In this document: in pieces, positions 37,155 through 47,712 of the stretch
Numbering within the stretch: the first letter of the stretch is position 1
Layout of the letters: every line of letters begins with the position of its first letter
Virus record (IMG/VR): IMGVR_UViG_3300048924_000605
Span: 16,693 to 80,692 of that record
From: a virus
Reading direction: 5' to 3' (one strand)
DNA: 64,000 nucleotides
Program-made: the position numbers and the translations under genes
Notes under the pieces: generated by a model
Seen by the model: only the letters and a program-made list of their open reading frames with translations
Database searches by the model: none
Told to the model about the DNA's origin: nothing

Positions 37155-39071
37155 ATGTCCGCCAACAGCCCGTCTCCCGCCCATGCCGACGGTTCGGCCG
37201 GCCATGCCAAGACCGGTCTCGCCGGATTGGTGGTCGGCGCCATCGGGGTGGTGTTCGGCGATATCGGCACCAGTCCGCTATACACGCTGAAGGAAGCCTT
37301 CTCGCCGCACTATGGTCTGACTCCCGATCAGCACACCGTGCTCGGCATCCTGTCGCTGGTGTTCTGGTCGCTGATGATCGTGGTGACCTTGAAGTACGTC
37401 GCGGTGATCATGCGCGCCGACAACGACGGCGAGGGCGGCATCATGGCACTCACTGCGCTGACCCAGCGCACGGTCAAGCACAACCCGCGCGCGGTCTACG
37501 TCATCGGCGTCCTCGGCATCTTCGGCGCCTCACTGTTCTTCGGTGACGGCGTAATCACGCCGGCGATCTCGGTGCTATCGGCCGTAGAGGGACTGGAAGT
37601 GGCGGCACCGCACCTTGACCGTTTCGTCGTGCCGATCACCGTGGCGGTGCTCGTCGTGCTGTTCCTGGCACAGCGCTTCGGTACCGAGGTAGTGGGCAAG
37701 GCGTTCGGTCCGGTGATGATCCTTTGGTTCGTTTCGCTCGGCGCGATCGGCATCTACAACATCGTCGATGCGCCGCAGGTGATCCGTGCGCTCAATCCGA
37801 TTTGGGGCCTGCGCTTCTTCATGGAGCACAACTGGCATGCGGTGTTCGTGCTCGGTGCGGTAGTGCTGGCGGTGACCGGCGGCGAGGCGCTGTACGCCGA
37901 TATGGGCCACTTCGGCAAGTGGCCGATCCGTCTGGCCTGGACCTACGTCGCCCTGCCGGCGCTTACATTGAACTATCTCGGCCAAGGCGCGCTGATGCTA
38001 GGCAAGCCGTCCGCGGTCGGCAATCCGTTCTTCGAAGCGGTTCCGGCATGGGCGTTGCTGCCGATGGTCGGCCTAGCCACTGCGGCGACGGTGATCGCCT
38101 CGCAGGCAGTGATCACAGGCGCGTTCTCGGTCGCGCGCCAGGCCATGCAACTCGGCTACATCCCGCGTATGGCGATCAAGCACACCTCGCGCGAGACCAT
38201 CGGCCAGATCTACATTCCGGCGGTGAACTGGATGCTACTGGTGCTGGTGGTTGTCTCGGTGGTCGGCTTCGGCAGTTCGACCGCGCTGGCCACCGCCTAC
38301 GGCGTTTCAGTGACCGGCACCATGCTCATCACGAGCGTACTAATGATCATCTATCTTCGCGGCAACTCTCGTATTCCTGCGCCTCTGTTCTGGTTGTTGG
38401 CGGCGATCTTCGTGCTGGTTGATCTGGCATTCTTCTACGCCAATATCATTAAGTTCATGGATGGGGCCTGGTTCCCCCTACTGCTGGGCGTGGTTCTGTT
38501 CACCATGATGCGCACCTGGCGCCGCGGCCGCGAACTTCTGCACGAGGAAGTGCGCAAGGAAGGCATCTCGCTCGATAGCTTCCTGCCCGGCCTACTGCTG
38601 GCGCCGCCGGTGCGAGTGTCGGGCACGGCAATCTTCATGACCGCCGACAAGGGCGTGGTGCCGCACGCGCTGTTGCACAACCTCAAGCACAACAAGGTGC
38701 TGCACGAGCGCAACGTGTTCCTCACCGTCGAAACGCTTGGAATGCCGCACGCACCTAAGGAGAAGCGGCTCAAGATCGAAGCCATCGGCAACGATTTCTA
38801 CCGCATTCTGATCCGCTTCGGCTTTATGGAAGTGCCCGACGTGCCGCTGGCGTTGATGCGCTCGTGCGACGCCGGCGGCGCCTACTTCGATCCAATGACG
38901 ACGACGTACTTCGCCAGCCGCGAGACCGTGGTCGCCAGACGCCACCGTGGCATGCCGATCTGGCGCGACCGCCTGTTCGCCTTCATGCACCGCAACGCGG
39001 CGCCAGCGACCGGGTTCTTCCGCATTCCGGGCAACCGTTTGGTCGAACTGGGTTCGCCGGTCGAGATTTGA
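37155..39071 (+). CDS. kup: KUP/HAK/KT potassium transporter, moron
   Basis: [60 protein letters not shown]. Confidence 0.97.
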   Translation: MSANSPSPAHADGSAGHAKTGLAGLVVGAIGVVFGDIGTSPLYTLKEAFSPHYGLTPDQHTVLGILSLVFWSLMIVVTLKYVAVIMRADNDGEGGIMALTALTQRTVKHNPRAVYVIGVLGIFGASLFFGDGVITPAISVLSAVEGLEVAAPHLDRFVVPITVAVLVVLFLAQRFGTEVVGKAFGPVMILWFVSLGAIGIYNIVDAPQVIRALNPIWGLRFFMEHNWHAVFVLGAVVLAVTGGEALYADMGHFGKWPIRLAWTYVALPALTLNYLGQGALMLGKPSAVGNPFFEAVPAWALLPMVGLATAATVIASQAVITGAFSVARQAMQLGYIPRMAIKHTSRETIGQIYIPAVNWMLLVLVVVSVVGFGSSTALATAYGVSVTGTMLITSVLMIIYLRGNSRIPAPLFWLLAAIFVLVDLAFFYANIIKFMDGAWFPLLLGVVLFTMMRTWRRGRELLHEEVRKEGISLDSFLPGLLLAPPVRVSGTAIFMTADKGVVPHALLHNLKHNKVLHERNVFLTVETLGMPHAPKEKRLKIEAIGNDFYRILIRFGFMEVPDVPLALMRSCDAGGAYFDPMTTTYFASRETVVARRHRGMPIWRDRLFAFMHRNAAPATGFFRIPGNRLVELGSPVEI

Positions 39072-39135
39072 GACGACAACAATGACATGTCGCCGATCCG
39101 CATCAATGAGGCCTTTGGCCCACCGCGAGATCGCG

Positions 39136-39546
39136 TTAGATCGATGCCTGGACGGCCGTGATCCGGGGCAACTGATCGTTGAGGTGCACGACGACAATCG
39201 CTAGCGCGTGCTGGTACCGGCGCCAGGCCGTCTTCCGGATCAGCCCGGTGCGATTGCAGATCTCTCGCCACGGCACGTACTGCGCCCGCAGCCAGACCAG
39301 GCGGCGTTGATCTTCGTCCAACCACTTCAGCCAGCGCACCGTCTCGCCGAAGCGGTCGATCGCGCCGGGCGACGCCGTGAACCGCAAGACGATGCGCTCG
39401 TCGGCATAGCCCTCCCACGACTGCCGGTTGATGTCCGGCCAGAAGGCCGCGTAGCCCTGGACGCGGGCTGGGGGCAGCCGGCGCGCGGTAACCGCGGCTT
39501 CCTGGAATCGGTCGGTGACACGCTGGATGTTCCAGTTCGCGCTCAT
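39136..39546 (-). CDS. DUF6362-like protein, putative late regulator (Q position)
   Basis: RLPPARVQGY..WP; C-terminal sigma4-like HTH WREIC..TAWRRY; last gene of the early operon. Confidence 0.75.
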   Translation of the reverse strand: MSANWNIQRVTDRFQEAAVTARRLPPARVQGYAAFWPDINRQSWEGYADERIVLRFTASPGAIDRFGETVRWLKWLDEDQRRLVWLRAQYVPWREICNRTGLIRKTAWRRYQHALAIVVVHLNDQLPRITAVQASI

Positions 39547-40007
39547 GCTTCGACTCCCTGCGACAGCGCCCAGTGCAGCAGCGCGAGCGCGTCGGCCTCG
39601 TTGTCGTCGCTGGGCGCGTGGCCGCGCCGCTCCATCGCAGCGATCATGGCGTCCTTCTTGGCGTTGCCCTTGCCGGTCGCAAATCGCTTGATCGTGCCGA
39701 CCGGCACGCCCTGATACGGAATCCGGTGCTGTTCGCACCAACCCGTCAGCTGTGCCAGGAAGCCGCCGTAAGCGTGGGCCGCATCGACGCCGCGGTGGCG
39801 ACGGACTTCCTCGAAGTAGATCGCCTCGACCTGGCCGACGAAGGCGAGGGTCTCATCCAGCCAGCGGCCGAATCGCAGGTAGCGCATGCCGCCGCCTTCG
39901 AAGCGGCCCGGGCGGAACGCCTGCGTTCCGCTGGCGATCTGTCCGTCTCGCGCCAGCGCCCAACCCATCGTCGTGCCCAGGTCCAGGGCCAAAGTCGTAC
40001 CGCCCAT
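39543..40007 (-). CDS. RuvC-like Holliday junction resolvase
   Basis: LALDLGTTMGWA, FEEV, ATGKGNAKK, DDNEADA. Confidence 0.88.
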   Translation of the reverse strand: MGGTTLALDLGTTMGWALARDGQIASGTQAFRPGRFEGGGMRYLRFGRWLDETLAFVGQVEAIYFEEVRRHRGVDAAHAYGGFLAQLTGWCEQHRIPYQGVPVGTIKRFATGKGNAKKDAMIAAMERRGHAPSDDNEADALALLHWALSQGVEA

Positions 40008-40030
40008 ATTTTGCTTCCTCGGGTATGGGC

Positions 40031-40127
40031 GGGTGACGTGTGTGACACGGTTGCCGGTTAACCCTTACATGTGCGTGCGCGCGCACACGCGGGGGGGTAA
40101 CTAGCAGCTATGTCACACACGTCACCC
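40031..40127. repeat. 97-bp imperfect palindrome with perfect 17-bp arms (candidate ori)
   Basis: GGGTGACGTGTGTGACA (40031-47) and TGTCACACACGTCACCC (40111-27); central GTGCGCGCGCAC. Confidence 0.85.
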
Positions 40128-40150
40128 ACCGAAGTAAGTGCTTGATTCTT

Positions 40151-42415
40151 TTAGCCAGCGTAGCGAGCGAAGCTTTTCGGCCGCAGGCTGAGGCCGATGA
40201 CGTAGCGGGCGCCTTTTCCACCTCGATGGCGACCGTAGCGACGCGATTCGAGCATTTCGGAGAAGCGCTTGATCGAGCCGGCGAACTCACCGTTGGCCAT
40301 GCTCCAGTCCTTCCAATCGACAAACAGATCGGCAATCAGCGCCTTCGATTGCGAATGTTCCTGGCAGCGCTCCTCGATCCAGCGGCCGAGCGCATCCTCC
40401 GACTCGAAATACTCGTCGGTGGCGTCCAGAACGGATTTAGGCGGCTTTAGCCCGGCGCGTTGCCACTCCAGACAGCCTTCGACCGCCCACGCAAGAACGC
40501 CCTCCCGCTCAGCCAGAAGTTTCTTCGGCAGGTCGCCATCGCGTCGCTCGGGCGGCACCGTGACCGTGAACGGGATCAGGTGCAGACGCCGCCTCATCGC
40601 CTCGTCCACATTGCGAATCGCCGGCTTGTGGTTGCCGGCAATGACCAACTTGAACTGCGGCGTGTACTCGAAGAAGTCCTGGCGCATGAACCGCGCCATG
40701 ATCTTGTCGCCGCCTGTGATCGCCTTGAGCTTCGATTCGTTCCAGCGTCGCCCCTCTTCGGTCTCGACGGCGGCGACGAAGCGCGCACCGCGCAGACCGG
40801 CGAGCTCGGTTGGATGGCGCTCGCCGCGGCTCTCCATGAATGTGTCCATCGGCGCGCTGGTGGCGTAATCGCCTAGGATCGTGGCCAGCGTGTTGACGAA
40901 TACGGACTTGCCGTTGGCGCCGGTGCCGTAGAGGAAGAACAGCGCATGCTCGGTGGTGACGCCCGTTAAGCAATAGCCGGCCATGCGCTGCAGGTACGCC
41001 TGCAGTTCGCTATCGCCGCCGGTTACGTCCGCCAGGAAGTTCTTCCAGCGGCTGCACTTACCATCCATCCCCGCCGTCGCCATGCGGGTCAATCGGTCCA
41101 GCCGAGAATGCTTTCGCAACGTTCCGGTTTTGAGATCGATGGTTCCCGCAGGCGAGTTGAGCAACCAGGGCCGGGTGTCCCACTCCTCGGCATCGGAGGC
41201 GTGATAGCGGTCGCTGCGGGCCATGCGCTCTACCGCTGAGACCGTCGAAGCGCTCGCTAGGCGGGATTGCTGACTACCCGTGTTCGCGTAGGTGGCCGCA
41301 ACGCGGCAGACGCCGCGCACCAGGTGGTTGACCGTCAGCGTGCGATCGGGATTCCATCGCTGACCGCTCCACACCATCCACTGCCCCCAAGCCGCGCAGT
41401 AGCGCCAGTCCTCGTGGTAGCGGTTGGTGAACGCCGTGGCCAAGCCGTCGTCGGTGTGCCAACCGAGCTCGCCGAAGTCGATCGCTTCGGCGCGCTCGGG
41501 CCGAGTGATCGGCGTGCGCTCTCCGGCGCGCAGGAACCCGATGACATCGAAGTGTTCCTCGACGGCGTCAGCGGCATCCCAACCTTGCTCCTTGTCCTCC
41601 GGGGGGTAGAGAATCGCGCAGGAGATCGCGCCGGCCGCGAGCGCAGCTTGGGCGACGGCTAGAGCATAGTCCCAGCCGGCCTTGTCCTTGTCCGGCCAGA
41701 TCAGCGCGTGCTTTCCGCGCAGCGGCGACCAGTCCGTCTTCTCGACCGGCGCCTTCGCGCCGTTCATGGCGGTCGTGGCGGGCACGTCCAGGGCGATCAA
41801 GGCATCCGCCGCCTTCTCGCCTTCCACGACTACTACGTCGAGAGCCGCGGCGAGTCCAGGCTGGTTGTAGAGCGGCCGCGGCTCCGGGGCCAGATGCTTA
41901 CGCCGCTTCGCATCCCAAGGCCGGTACTCCTTGCCGGTCGGTGGATCGTAGCGGTACACGCAGGCGATCAACTCGCCGTCCGCGCTGAGGTAATCCCAGC
42001 GCGAGGTTGCTGGTCCGAGCTCGTCCAGCACGGGTTCGGCGCGGCGACGCGACGGCGACGAAGCCACCGGAACGTGCCCAGCCAGATCCGCCGCTCGCGC
42101 CAGAACCGCAGCAAAGTCGTGGCGGGAATCCAAACCGGCGTGTACAGCGACCAGGTCGAAAACATCGCCGCCCTCGCCGGTCGCATGGTCGGTCCAGAGC
42201 CCCGCCTTCGGCCCGGACAATTCGACTTCCAGGCTGTCGCCCTTCTCGCCCTGGATATTCCCGAGATGGAATTTCCCGCGCCGAACGCGCCCGTGCGGAT
42301 ACAGCGCCTGGAGCACACCCTCCAGGCGTTGCAGCAGTTGCGCTTTGACGGCATCCCGCGACGGACGCTCGGGCCTAGGTTCGGTCGGAATCTCTGCGTC
42401 GTTGAAGTCCATCAT
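40151..42415 (-). CDS. Primase-helicase, P4/D5 family
   Basis: TOPRIM VEGEKAAD..WPDKD; SF3 helicase GTGANGKS, LKAITGGD, RRRLHLIPF. Confidence 0.94.
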   Translation of the reverse strand: MMDFNDAEIPTEPRPERPSRDAVKAQLLQRLEGVLQALYPHGRVRRGKFHLGNIQGEKGDSLEVELSGPKAGLWTDHATGEGGDVFDLVAVHAGLDSRHDFAAVLARAADLAGHVPVASSPSRRRAEPVLDELGPATSRWDYLSADGELIACVYRYDPPTGKEYRPWDAKRRKHLAPEPRPLYNQPGLAAALDVVVVEGEKAADALIALDVPATTAMNGAKAPVEKTDWSPLRGKHALIWPDKDKAGWDYALAVAQAALAAGAISCAILYPPEDKEQGWDAADAVEEHFDVIGFLRAGERTPITRPERAEAIDFGELGWHTDDGLATAFTNRYHEDWRYCAAWGQWMVWSGQRWNPDRTLTVNHLVRGVCRVAATYANTGSQQSRLASASTVSAVERMARSDRYHASDAEEWDTRPWLLNSPAGTIDLKTGTLRKHSRLDRLTRMATAGMDGKCSRWKNFLADVTGGDSELQAYLQRMAGYCLTGVTTEHALFFLYGTGANGKSVFVNTLATILGDYATSAPMDTFMESRGERHPTELAGLRGARFVAAVETEEGRRWNESKLKAITGGDKIMARFMRQDFFEYTPQFKLVIAGNHKPAIRNVDEAMRRRLHLIPFTVTVPPERRDGDLPKKLLAEREGVLAWAVEGCLEWQRAGLKPPKSVLDATDEYFESEDALGRWIEERCQEHSQSKALIADLFVDWKDWSMANGEFAGSIKRFSEMLESRRYGRHRGGKGARYVIGLSLRPKSFARYAG

Positions 42416-43266
42416 GCCCGTTCCTCGATGCCCTTACGCAGCGCGGCGTCGAGCTCGCGAATACCGGCAGTGGCCTTCAAGACCAGGCCGAGTTGCCCCT
42501 GTAGTCGCGGGCTGTCCCAGTCCATCTCGGCCACGCACCGGCGCGCGAATTCCTCCGGCGACTCGGCGGCATCCATGCTGTCGGTGGCGAAGCGTTCTAG
42601 CCGGATCAGCACTTGGCTGCCGTAACGGACCGTGGCTTCGACAGGCGCGACGAACTCAGGGCGGTCCACGCGGTTTCGACTCGCACTGCGATTGAGTGAT
42701 GCCGAAAGCTCGCGCTGCCGCGGCTTGCGCTCCTCGATCGCCACCAGCCGGGCCTGCGCTTTCGGATTCAGCGAGGCGATCTTGACGCCTTCGTGCACGC
42801 TGATCGCTCCCGCATCGATCTTGGCGACTAGCTCCGGGATTCCGGTCTCTCGGATACGAACCGCATTCGCGATCGTTCGGTCGGAAACCGCCAGCAACTT
42901 GGCTGCTTGGTCACGCGTCACAATCTCATTCTGCAAATTTGCAGAATGAGAATAGCTGCCTCCGACCTGCCGGTTAGCCAAGCGGGAGGCCACCATGCCG
43001 CGTTGCGATTCGCTGAGGTGCCGCCGGGTGACGTTCTCGCTGATGACGAAGGCCAGGGGATCGTCGCCGTCGAAGGTGACGAACCGGGGCTCGATGCCGC
43101 ACTCCAGGCATGCTCGATACCGGTGCCGGCCATCGAGGATGGCCCCTTCGAAAACAACGACCTCATGGCGAAGCCCGTGGGCCCGAATGTCCTCGACCAG
43201 TGCCCGAAACGCGTCGTCGGCCATGTCCGGCAGCGCCAAACAGAGCGGGTGGAACTCCATAGTCAT
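42412..43266 (-). CDS. ParB/Srx-like domain protein with HTH
   Basis: LVEDIRAHGL..ILDGRHRYRAC, N..RRHL. Confidence 0.8.
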   Translation of the reverse strand: MTMEFHPLCLALPDMADDAFRALVEDIRAHGLRHEVVVFEGAILDGRHRYRACLECGIEPRFVTFDGDDPLAFVISENVTRRHLSESQRGMVASRLANRQVGGSYSHSANLQNEIVTRDQAAKLLAVSDRTIANAVRIRETGIPELVAKIDAGAISVHEGVKIASLNPKAQARLVAIEERKPRQRELSASLNRSASRNRVDRPEFVAPVEATVRYGSQVLIRLERFATDSMDAAESPEEFARRCVAEMDWDSPRLQGQLGLVLKATAGIRELDAALRKGIEERA

Positions 43267-44144
43267 CAGATCAGCTCCGGCAGCTTCTCATCGGCGCGGG
43301 GGAACACCGCCCGCCACGACCGGACCTCTCGCCTGGCGCGATACAGATTCCAGGCTTTGAAGCACGCGTGGATTTGGACACCGTCGCGGATCGCTCGGCC
43401 CTGCATACGGGATTCCATGAATTTGTTGCGCAGGTGATAGATCGACTCGGTCATCGATAGCTCCCCGCCAGTGAACAACGCGGCGAGGAAGTCCTCGGCG
43501 TCATCCTGATCGATCTGAGCAAATCGCCAATGCAGAAACATCGCCTTGGCATGCGTGATCGGCGGATAGCGTTTGGAAAGCAGGGCGGCATATCGGCTCG
43601 CAGGCTGCACGTACGGATGCTGCTTCCAGAAGTCCAGTTGTGCCTGGTTCGTCGGACGCGCCGAACTGTGTGGCGGCAAACCGCGGCTGTAATTCACAAT
43701 CATCGGCAGCGCGGCGGCGGCGGTCCGGGCTTCGCTGAGCGAGATGCCGTCGATGGTCAAAATGTCGGAGCCGGTTCGTTGCCGGCCGGTATCGATCACG
43801 TCGAACGATCCGTCCTCCAACCCGGTATTCACAACGACATCGATGGTGGCGTCCGCTTCCACAATCGCAGAGAGTCGATGCTGCCCGTCCAGCAGGCGGC
43901 CGGTCCTACTGAACTTGATCGACTCGCCGGTGCTCTTCCAGTGCCCACCCAGCATGTCGTTGGCGTACTGCGTAACCGCCTTGAAGCGGATGGGACGATT
44001 GTTGCTATTCCGATGCAGCCACGCCGACGCGACCGCGGCATTGACCAAGACCACCTCGATCGAGCAGCGTTCGCGAGTGGGCAGCGCGATGGCCTCGGCT
44101 TCGGACTCGATCGTGATGGGCAAGGTGTGCACGTTCTGACTCAT
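43266..44144 (-). CDS. ParB-like (DGQHR) domain protein
   Basis: NRP..YANDM..G.W, LLDGQHRLSAIV, IDTGRQR. Confidence 0.75.
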   Translation of the reverse strand: MSQNVHTLPITIESEAEAIALPTRERCSIEVVLVNAAVASAWLHRNSNNRPIRFKAVTQYANDMLGGHWKSTGESIKFSRTGRLLDGQHRLSAIVEADATIDVVVNTGLEDGSFDVIDTGRQRTGSDILTIDGISLSEARTAAAALPMIVNYSRGLPPHSSARPTNQAQLDFWKQHPYVQPASRYAALLSKRYPPITHAKAMFLHWRFAQIDQDDAEDFLAALFTGGELSMTESIYHLRNKFMESRMQGRAIRDGVQIHACFKAWNLYRARREVRSWRAVFPRADEKLPELI

Positions 44145-44153
44145 GGGAAGTCC

Positions 44154-44903
44154 TTAGTGGTGGGTGGTGGGGATGGACAAGGTCCAGCAGCGGTCCTGCC
44201 AAGCGCAGCCACGACACGTTTGGTGGGTCGGTGTCGTGCTGATTCGGGGGAGCAGTTCGGCGGCGTCGCAGGCGCGCAGAATGTCGACGGCGCGATCGGA
44301 CGCGCGCTGGGCCAGGCCGCGATCGAAGACCACGCGCTCCGCGTAGATCGACATGTCGTCGGCGCAAATAGCGGTAAACAGCGCCGGATGTTCGTGCAGC
44401 CCGAGATAGGCCTGATACAGCGCGATCTGGGTGGCGTACACCGGCCGGCTCAACGCCAGCCGTTTGCGTTGCAGTTCGCGGTAGGTCTTGGTACCGACCG
44501 CCTTGTTCTCCCACAACATGGGATAGCGGAAGCCGTCAGGGCCACCGACGATGACGCCGTCGATATGACCGCGCACTCGGCCGCCCGCCGTCTCGAACCC
44601 GAACTGCTGGCCGGCCGCATCGTGGGTCCGCAGGTCGAAGCCGGCCACACGCAGCCAGTCGGCCATCCAATCTTCCATCTGGTGGCCGCGCTGGAAGACG
44701 CGCAGCAGGCGGCCGGGAAAGTGGCGGCCACAGTCCTTGGCCGCGTCGAAGAACTGGAACTGCAGCCGGCGGCTGCACTCTTCGCCCAGACTGGATGCCC
44801 CCAGGTAGGCGCGCGCAGGGCGCTTTGCCGCCTCGCGCTCCATCGCTGCGTCGACCAGAGTCGTCAGTTGTTCCGACAGGTCGTGGGAGTTGAAGTCGAG
44901 CAC
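44154..44903 (-). CDS. Phage Cas4-like PD-(D/E)xK exonuclease
   Basis: YLGASSLGEEC.R, GHIDG, WENK, Q..LYQ, C-terminal C..C.W..RC. Confidence 0.85.
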   Translation of the reverse strand: MLDFNSHDLSEQLTTLVDAAMEREAAKRPARAYLGASSLGEECSRRLQFQFFDAAKDCGRHFPGRLLRVFQRGHQMEDWMADWLRVAGFDLRTHDAAGQQFGFETAGGRVRGHIDGVIVGGPDGFRYPMLWENKAVGTKTYRELQRKRLALSRPVYATQIALYQAYLGLHEHPALFTAICADDMSIYAERVVFDRGLAQRASDRAVDILRACDAAELLPRISTTPTHQTCRGCAWQDRCWTLSIPTTHH

Positions 44904-44966
44904 GTTGGCTCTCCTAGAAGATGCAAATGCACAAATTCATTTCGCGATGCACTTTTCGGGCGCGGG

Positions 44967-45398
44967 CTAGAAAGGGATCGGGTCGTCAAAGGGCCGGTCC
45001 GGATCGAGCGGCGCTACCGGTTTGTTTCGCGGATCCGCGTGCTCGCGCAGCGTGGACTCGTACGCCATCGTTACGGCCTCGATCACCTCGGTGGCTTGCA
45101 CTTGCGTGTACTGCGCCAGCGGCACATCGAAGCCGACGCGTTCGGCGACTTGCGCCAGCGCGGTCAGGCACGCGCGCTGGGCTTCATGGGACAGGGGGTG
45201 TGGCACGGGCAAAAGCTCCTCCACCGCGCTCGGATCTGTCCGGGCTCGGGTCGCGTAGAGTTGGTGAAAGGCGTTCTGGCAGGTGGTCGAACAGAACGCC
45301 CAGCGGTACGGGGTGCGCCGCGGATCAGCGATGCGGCGGCGCAGGTCCATGTGGCCGAACCCGCGCGCGGGTCGGCCACAGCCCCAGCACGGCGTCAT
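44967..45398 (-). CDS. DUF6511-like zinc-finger protein
   Basis: CWGC...FCSTTC; ends DDPIPF. Confidence 0.75.
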   Translation of the reverse strand: MTPCWGCGRPARGFGHMDLRRRIADPRRTPYRWAFCSTTCQNAFHQLYATRARTDPSAVEELLPVPHPLSHEAQRACLTALAQVAERVGFDVPLAQYTQVQATEVIEAVTMAYESTLREHADPRNKPVAPLDPDRPFDDPIPF

Positions 45399-45592
45399 CG
45401 GCCATGCCGCGATCGATCAAAGTCATGGTCGCGGTACTCGATCAGGGCTTGCGCGTGCTCGTCGTGGTGCTGCGCCAGAGCAAGAAGGCGCTGGATCTGC
45501 GCTTCAAGCTCGGCGCTGGACAACTCGCGTAAGGCGGTGAAGATGCCGTCCCCGTTCGGGTAACGGTCCTGAAGGCGGGAGTCTCGTGGCAT
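45395..45592 (-). CDS. Small hypothetical protein
   Basis: Translationally coupled within the operon. Confidence 0.55.
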   Translation of the reverse strand: MPRDSRLQDRYPNGDGIFTALRELSSAELEAQIQRLLALAQHHDEHAQALIEYRDHDFDRSRHGR

Positions 45593-45607
45593 GGCGGCGT
45601 ATGCCCA

Positions 45608-46216
45608 TCACTGCGCCCACGTCGGCCGACCAGCAATCGGCGCCTGCGCCGCCTGGTTTGCGGCGTGCGCAATGTGCGCCGGCACAGAGGCGGCTTGCGC
45701 CGGCAGCGGTTGCACCGCGCCCATCACCTCCTTGTACTGCGGGTGATCGGGCATGATCGGCACCTTGATCACCGCCTTGTCTTCGCCGTAGCTGTCCTTT
45801 TCCCAATCGACCTTGCCGACGAACGTCGTGCCGTCCAGGTCGCCGAAGCTCTCGATGCAGCGCCCTTGCTGTGCGGCCGCGCTCATGTCGTCGGGGTGCA
45901 GTGCGTTCGCGGAGTTCAGAACGCCCTTGATGAAGCTGCGCCCCATCTGACCCCACGTCGGACCCTTAGGACTGTGCAAGCCGATCAGCGTCCACAGCTT
46001 ACGGCGCGCGTATTTACCCTCCAGCACGACAAACTCGGCATTGAGGTAAACGGCGCCGGTGTCGCCGCGGCTGGCCCAGCCGTGCAGCCAACCGTTGGCG
46101 GCGTCGCTGTAGCCGCCGGGCTTGATGGTCATGCGGACCTTGACCAGCGTGCCCTTCGGGATGAGGGAGAACGCCGGGCTCTCGGCGTCGTTGAAGTTGT
46201 TCCAGGCGGAGGACAT
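45608..46216 (-). CDS. Putative phage ssDNA-binding protein
   Basis: LIPKGT, YLNAEFVVLEGKYARRK, Ala/Pro tail ending PTWAQ; follows Sak4-like ATPase. Confidence 0.72.
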   Translation of the reverse strand: MSSAWNNFNDAESPAFSLIPKGTLVKVRMTIKPGGYSDAANGWLHGWASRGDTGAVYLNAEFVVLEGKYARRKLWTLIGLHSPKGPTWGQMGRSFIKGVLNSANALHPDDMSAAAQQGRCIESFGDLDGTTFVGKVDWEKDSYGEDKAVIKVPIMPDHPQYKEVMGAVQPLPAQAASVPAHIAHAANQAAQAPIAGRPTWAQ

Positions 46217-46229
46217 GAATGACCTTTCT

Positions 46230-47057
46230 TCAGTGGAGCGTGGGAGGAGTGGGCGCGGCCGCCTCGGGCGCGCCGAGCTTGCGCATGAGCTGCCCGAGGT
46301 CCGGCGGCTCGATCATGTCGAGTCGCCCGGATCGATCTTTGGCGGGGTAACCCCAGGGATTGGCGGTGTGGCAGACGAAGGCGCGGTAGGCCGCGCCCTC
46401 GGCCGCGGGCACATCGGCCAGGGTGATCACTTCATCCACGATGCCGGGCAGTTCCAAGCCGGTCTTGGCGCCATCGATCTGCAGGTCGTGGCTACGGCGG
46501 CCGAAGTCATCGACCCGTTCTTCGAGGATGCCGACGAACCAGACGTGCTTGCCGCGGATGTGCTGGAGCTGGGTCAGCCAGCCCACCATCTCCTGCCCGA
46601 GCAGGCCGTAGGCGCCGCGGTTGTCCGGCTTGCCGGTTTTCTCGGAGAACGCCTGCGGCTGCCCTTTGCACCATTGCAGGCACAGCCGGCCGGCGACGGT
46701 GATCGAATCCACGAACAGGGTCTGGTACTTGGCGAAGACCGCAGGCTCGCCGTACCGCAGCTGTGCGGCTTCGAAGTGCCATTGACTAAAGGACTGGTTC
46801 TCCCGCAGCGCGGGATTAGCGCCGCCCAGCAGGACCGCGATGTCTCGACAGTCGTCCCAGGTGCGCGGCCGGATGCTGTCGCCGGGCCAGCTCTTGACCG
46901 GCAGGTCGCCGGCCTCGATGTCCACGAACAAGGTCGTGGCCGGATCCAGGGTCCACAGTTGCGAGGTTTTACCTCGCCCCCAGCCGCCGACGAGCACGCC
47001 CTTCACGCCACGGGCTTCGGCCAGCCGCTGTTCGGCGGTAATGATCGGCAGCGCCAT
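46230..47057 (-). CDS. AAA_24 / Sak4-like ATPase
   Basis: GGWGRGKT, D.EAGDL, FVDSIT, AKDRSGRL. Confidence 0.88.
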   Translation of the reverse strand: MALPIITAEQRLAEARGVKGVLVGGWGRGKTSQLWTLDPATTLFVDIEAGDLPVKSWPGDSIRPRTWDDCRDIAVLLGGANPALRENQSFSQWHFEAAQLRYGEPAVFAKYQTLFVDSITVAGRLCLQWCKGQPQAFSEKTGKPDNRGAYGLLGQEMVGWLTQLQHIRGKHVWFVGILEERVDDFGRRSHDLQIDGAKTGLELPGIVDEVITLADVPAAEGAAYRAFVCHTANPWGYPAKDRSGRLDMIEPPDLGQLMRKLGAPEAAAPTPPTLH

Positions 47058-47245
47058 CAGACTACGCTCCCAATCTTGCGCAGCAACTCGGCCACCGCTT
47101 CGGCCGGCTCGGTCGCCTCACGCGACATCGGTCCGATCTCTTCCTGGCCGAGATCGAGTTCGGTCAGGGCATAGGTCGTGCCCAGCTCGTGCACGGCGGT
47201 GGTAAGGATCCAGCGCCCGCAACTTACAGTTGTGATCTTCATCAC
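47057..47245 (-). CDS. Small hypothetical protein
   Basis: Coupled start/stop overlaps on both sides. Confidence 0.5.
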   Translation of the reverse strand: MMKITTVSCGRWILTTAVHELGTTYALTELDLGQEEIGPMSREATEPAEAVAELLRKIGSVV

Positions 47246-47712
47246 GCTTTACCCTCGGTCAGCGACAGGCGGAAGACCGATTTGCCGGGCTTGAGGGTTC
47301 GGGCAGAATCGAAGGACGCGCGCATCGATGCCGGCCAAGCCGTGTACTTGCTCTCGCTGACGCGGTAACTGATCTCCACGAACTCGGCGGGCTCTTCGCC
47401 GGCGGCGCGGATGCGCTCCACGATCTTGCCGAGCGCGGCCTGATCCCACTCGACCTTCTTCGGCACCTCGCAGGAAATCCGCACGGGGCCTTCGGTCAGC
47501 GTGACCGTGCCGGTGTCCTTGCCGGCCGCGAAGCGCTGCTCGGCGGCGCGCTTGCCGTAGCGGATGTCGAGCGCCTGGTCGATTTTTTCGGCCTGCGCAC
47601 GCGCCGCGGCAACGGCCTCTGCCGCCTGCAGCTTCAGGTCGAGCAGCAGGCCGGGCTCGAAGTCGGCCAGTTCGCTGGCCGGTCGGTCGATGCATCGAGC
47701 GAGCAGGTTCAT
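47242..47712 (-). CDS. Conserved phage early protein
   Basis: ATG 47712; GKDTGTV, PKKVEWDQ, VSESKYTAWP. Confidence 0.75.
   Translation of the reverse strand: MNLLARCIDRPASELADFEPGLLLDLKLQAAEAVAAARAQAEKIDQALDIRYGKRAAEQRFAAGKDTGTVTLTEGPVRISCEVPKKVEWDQAALGKIVERIRAAGEEPAEFVEISYRVSESKYTAWPASMRASFDSARTLKPGKSVFRLSLTEGKA

Noticed and set aside
44154-44903. Cas4-like gene as evidence of CRISPR-Cas
   Set aside because: No array or other cas genes; sits in a standard Sak4/SSB phage recombination module
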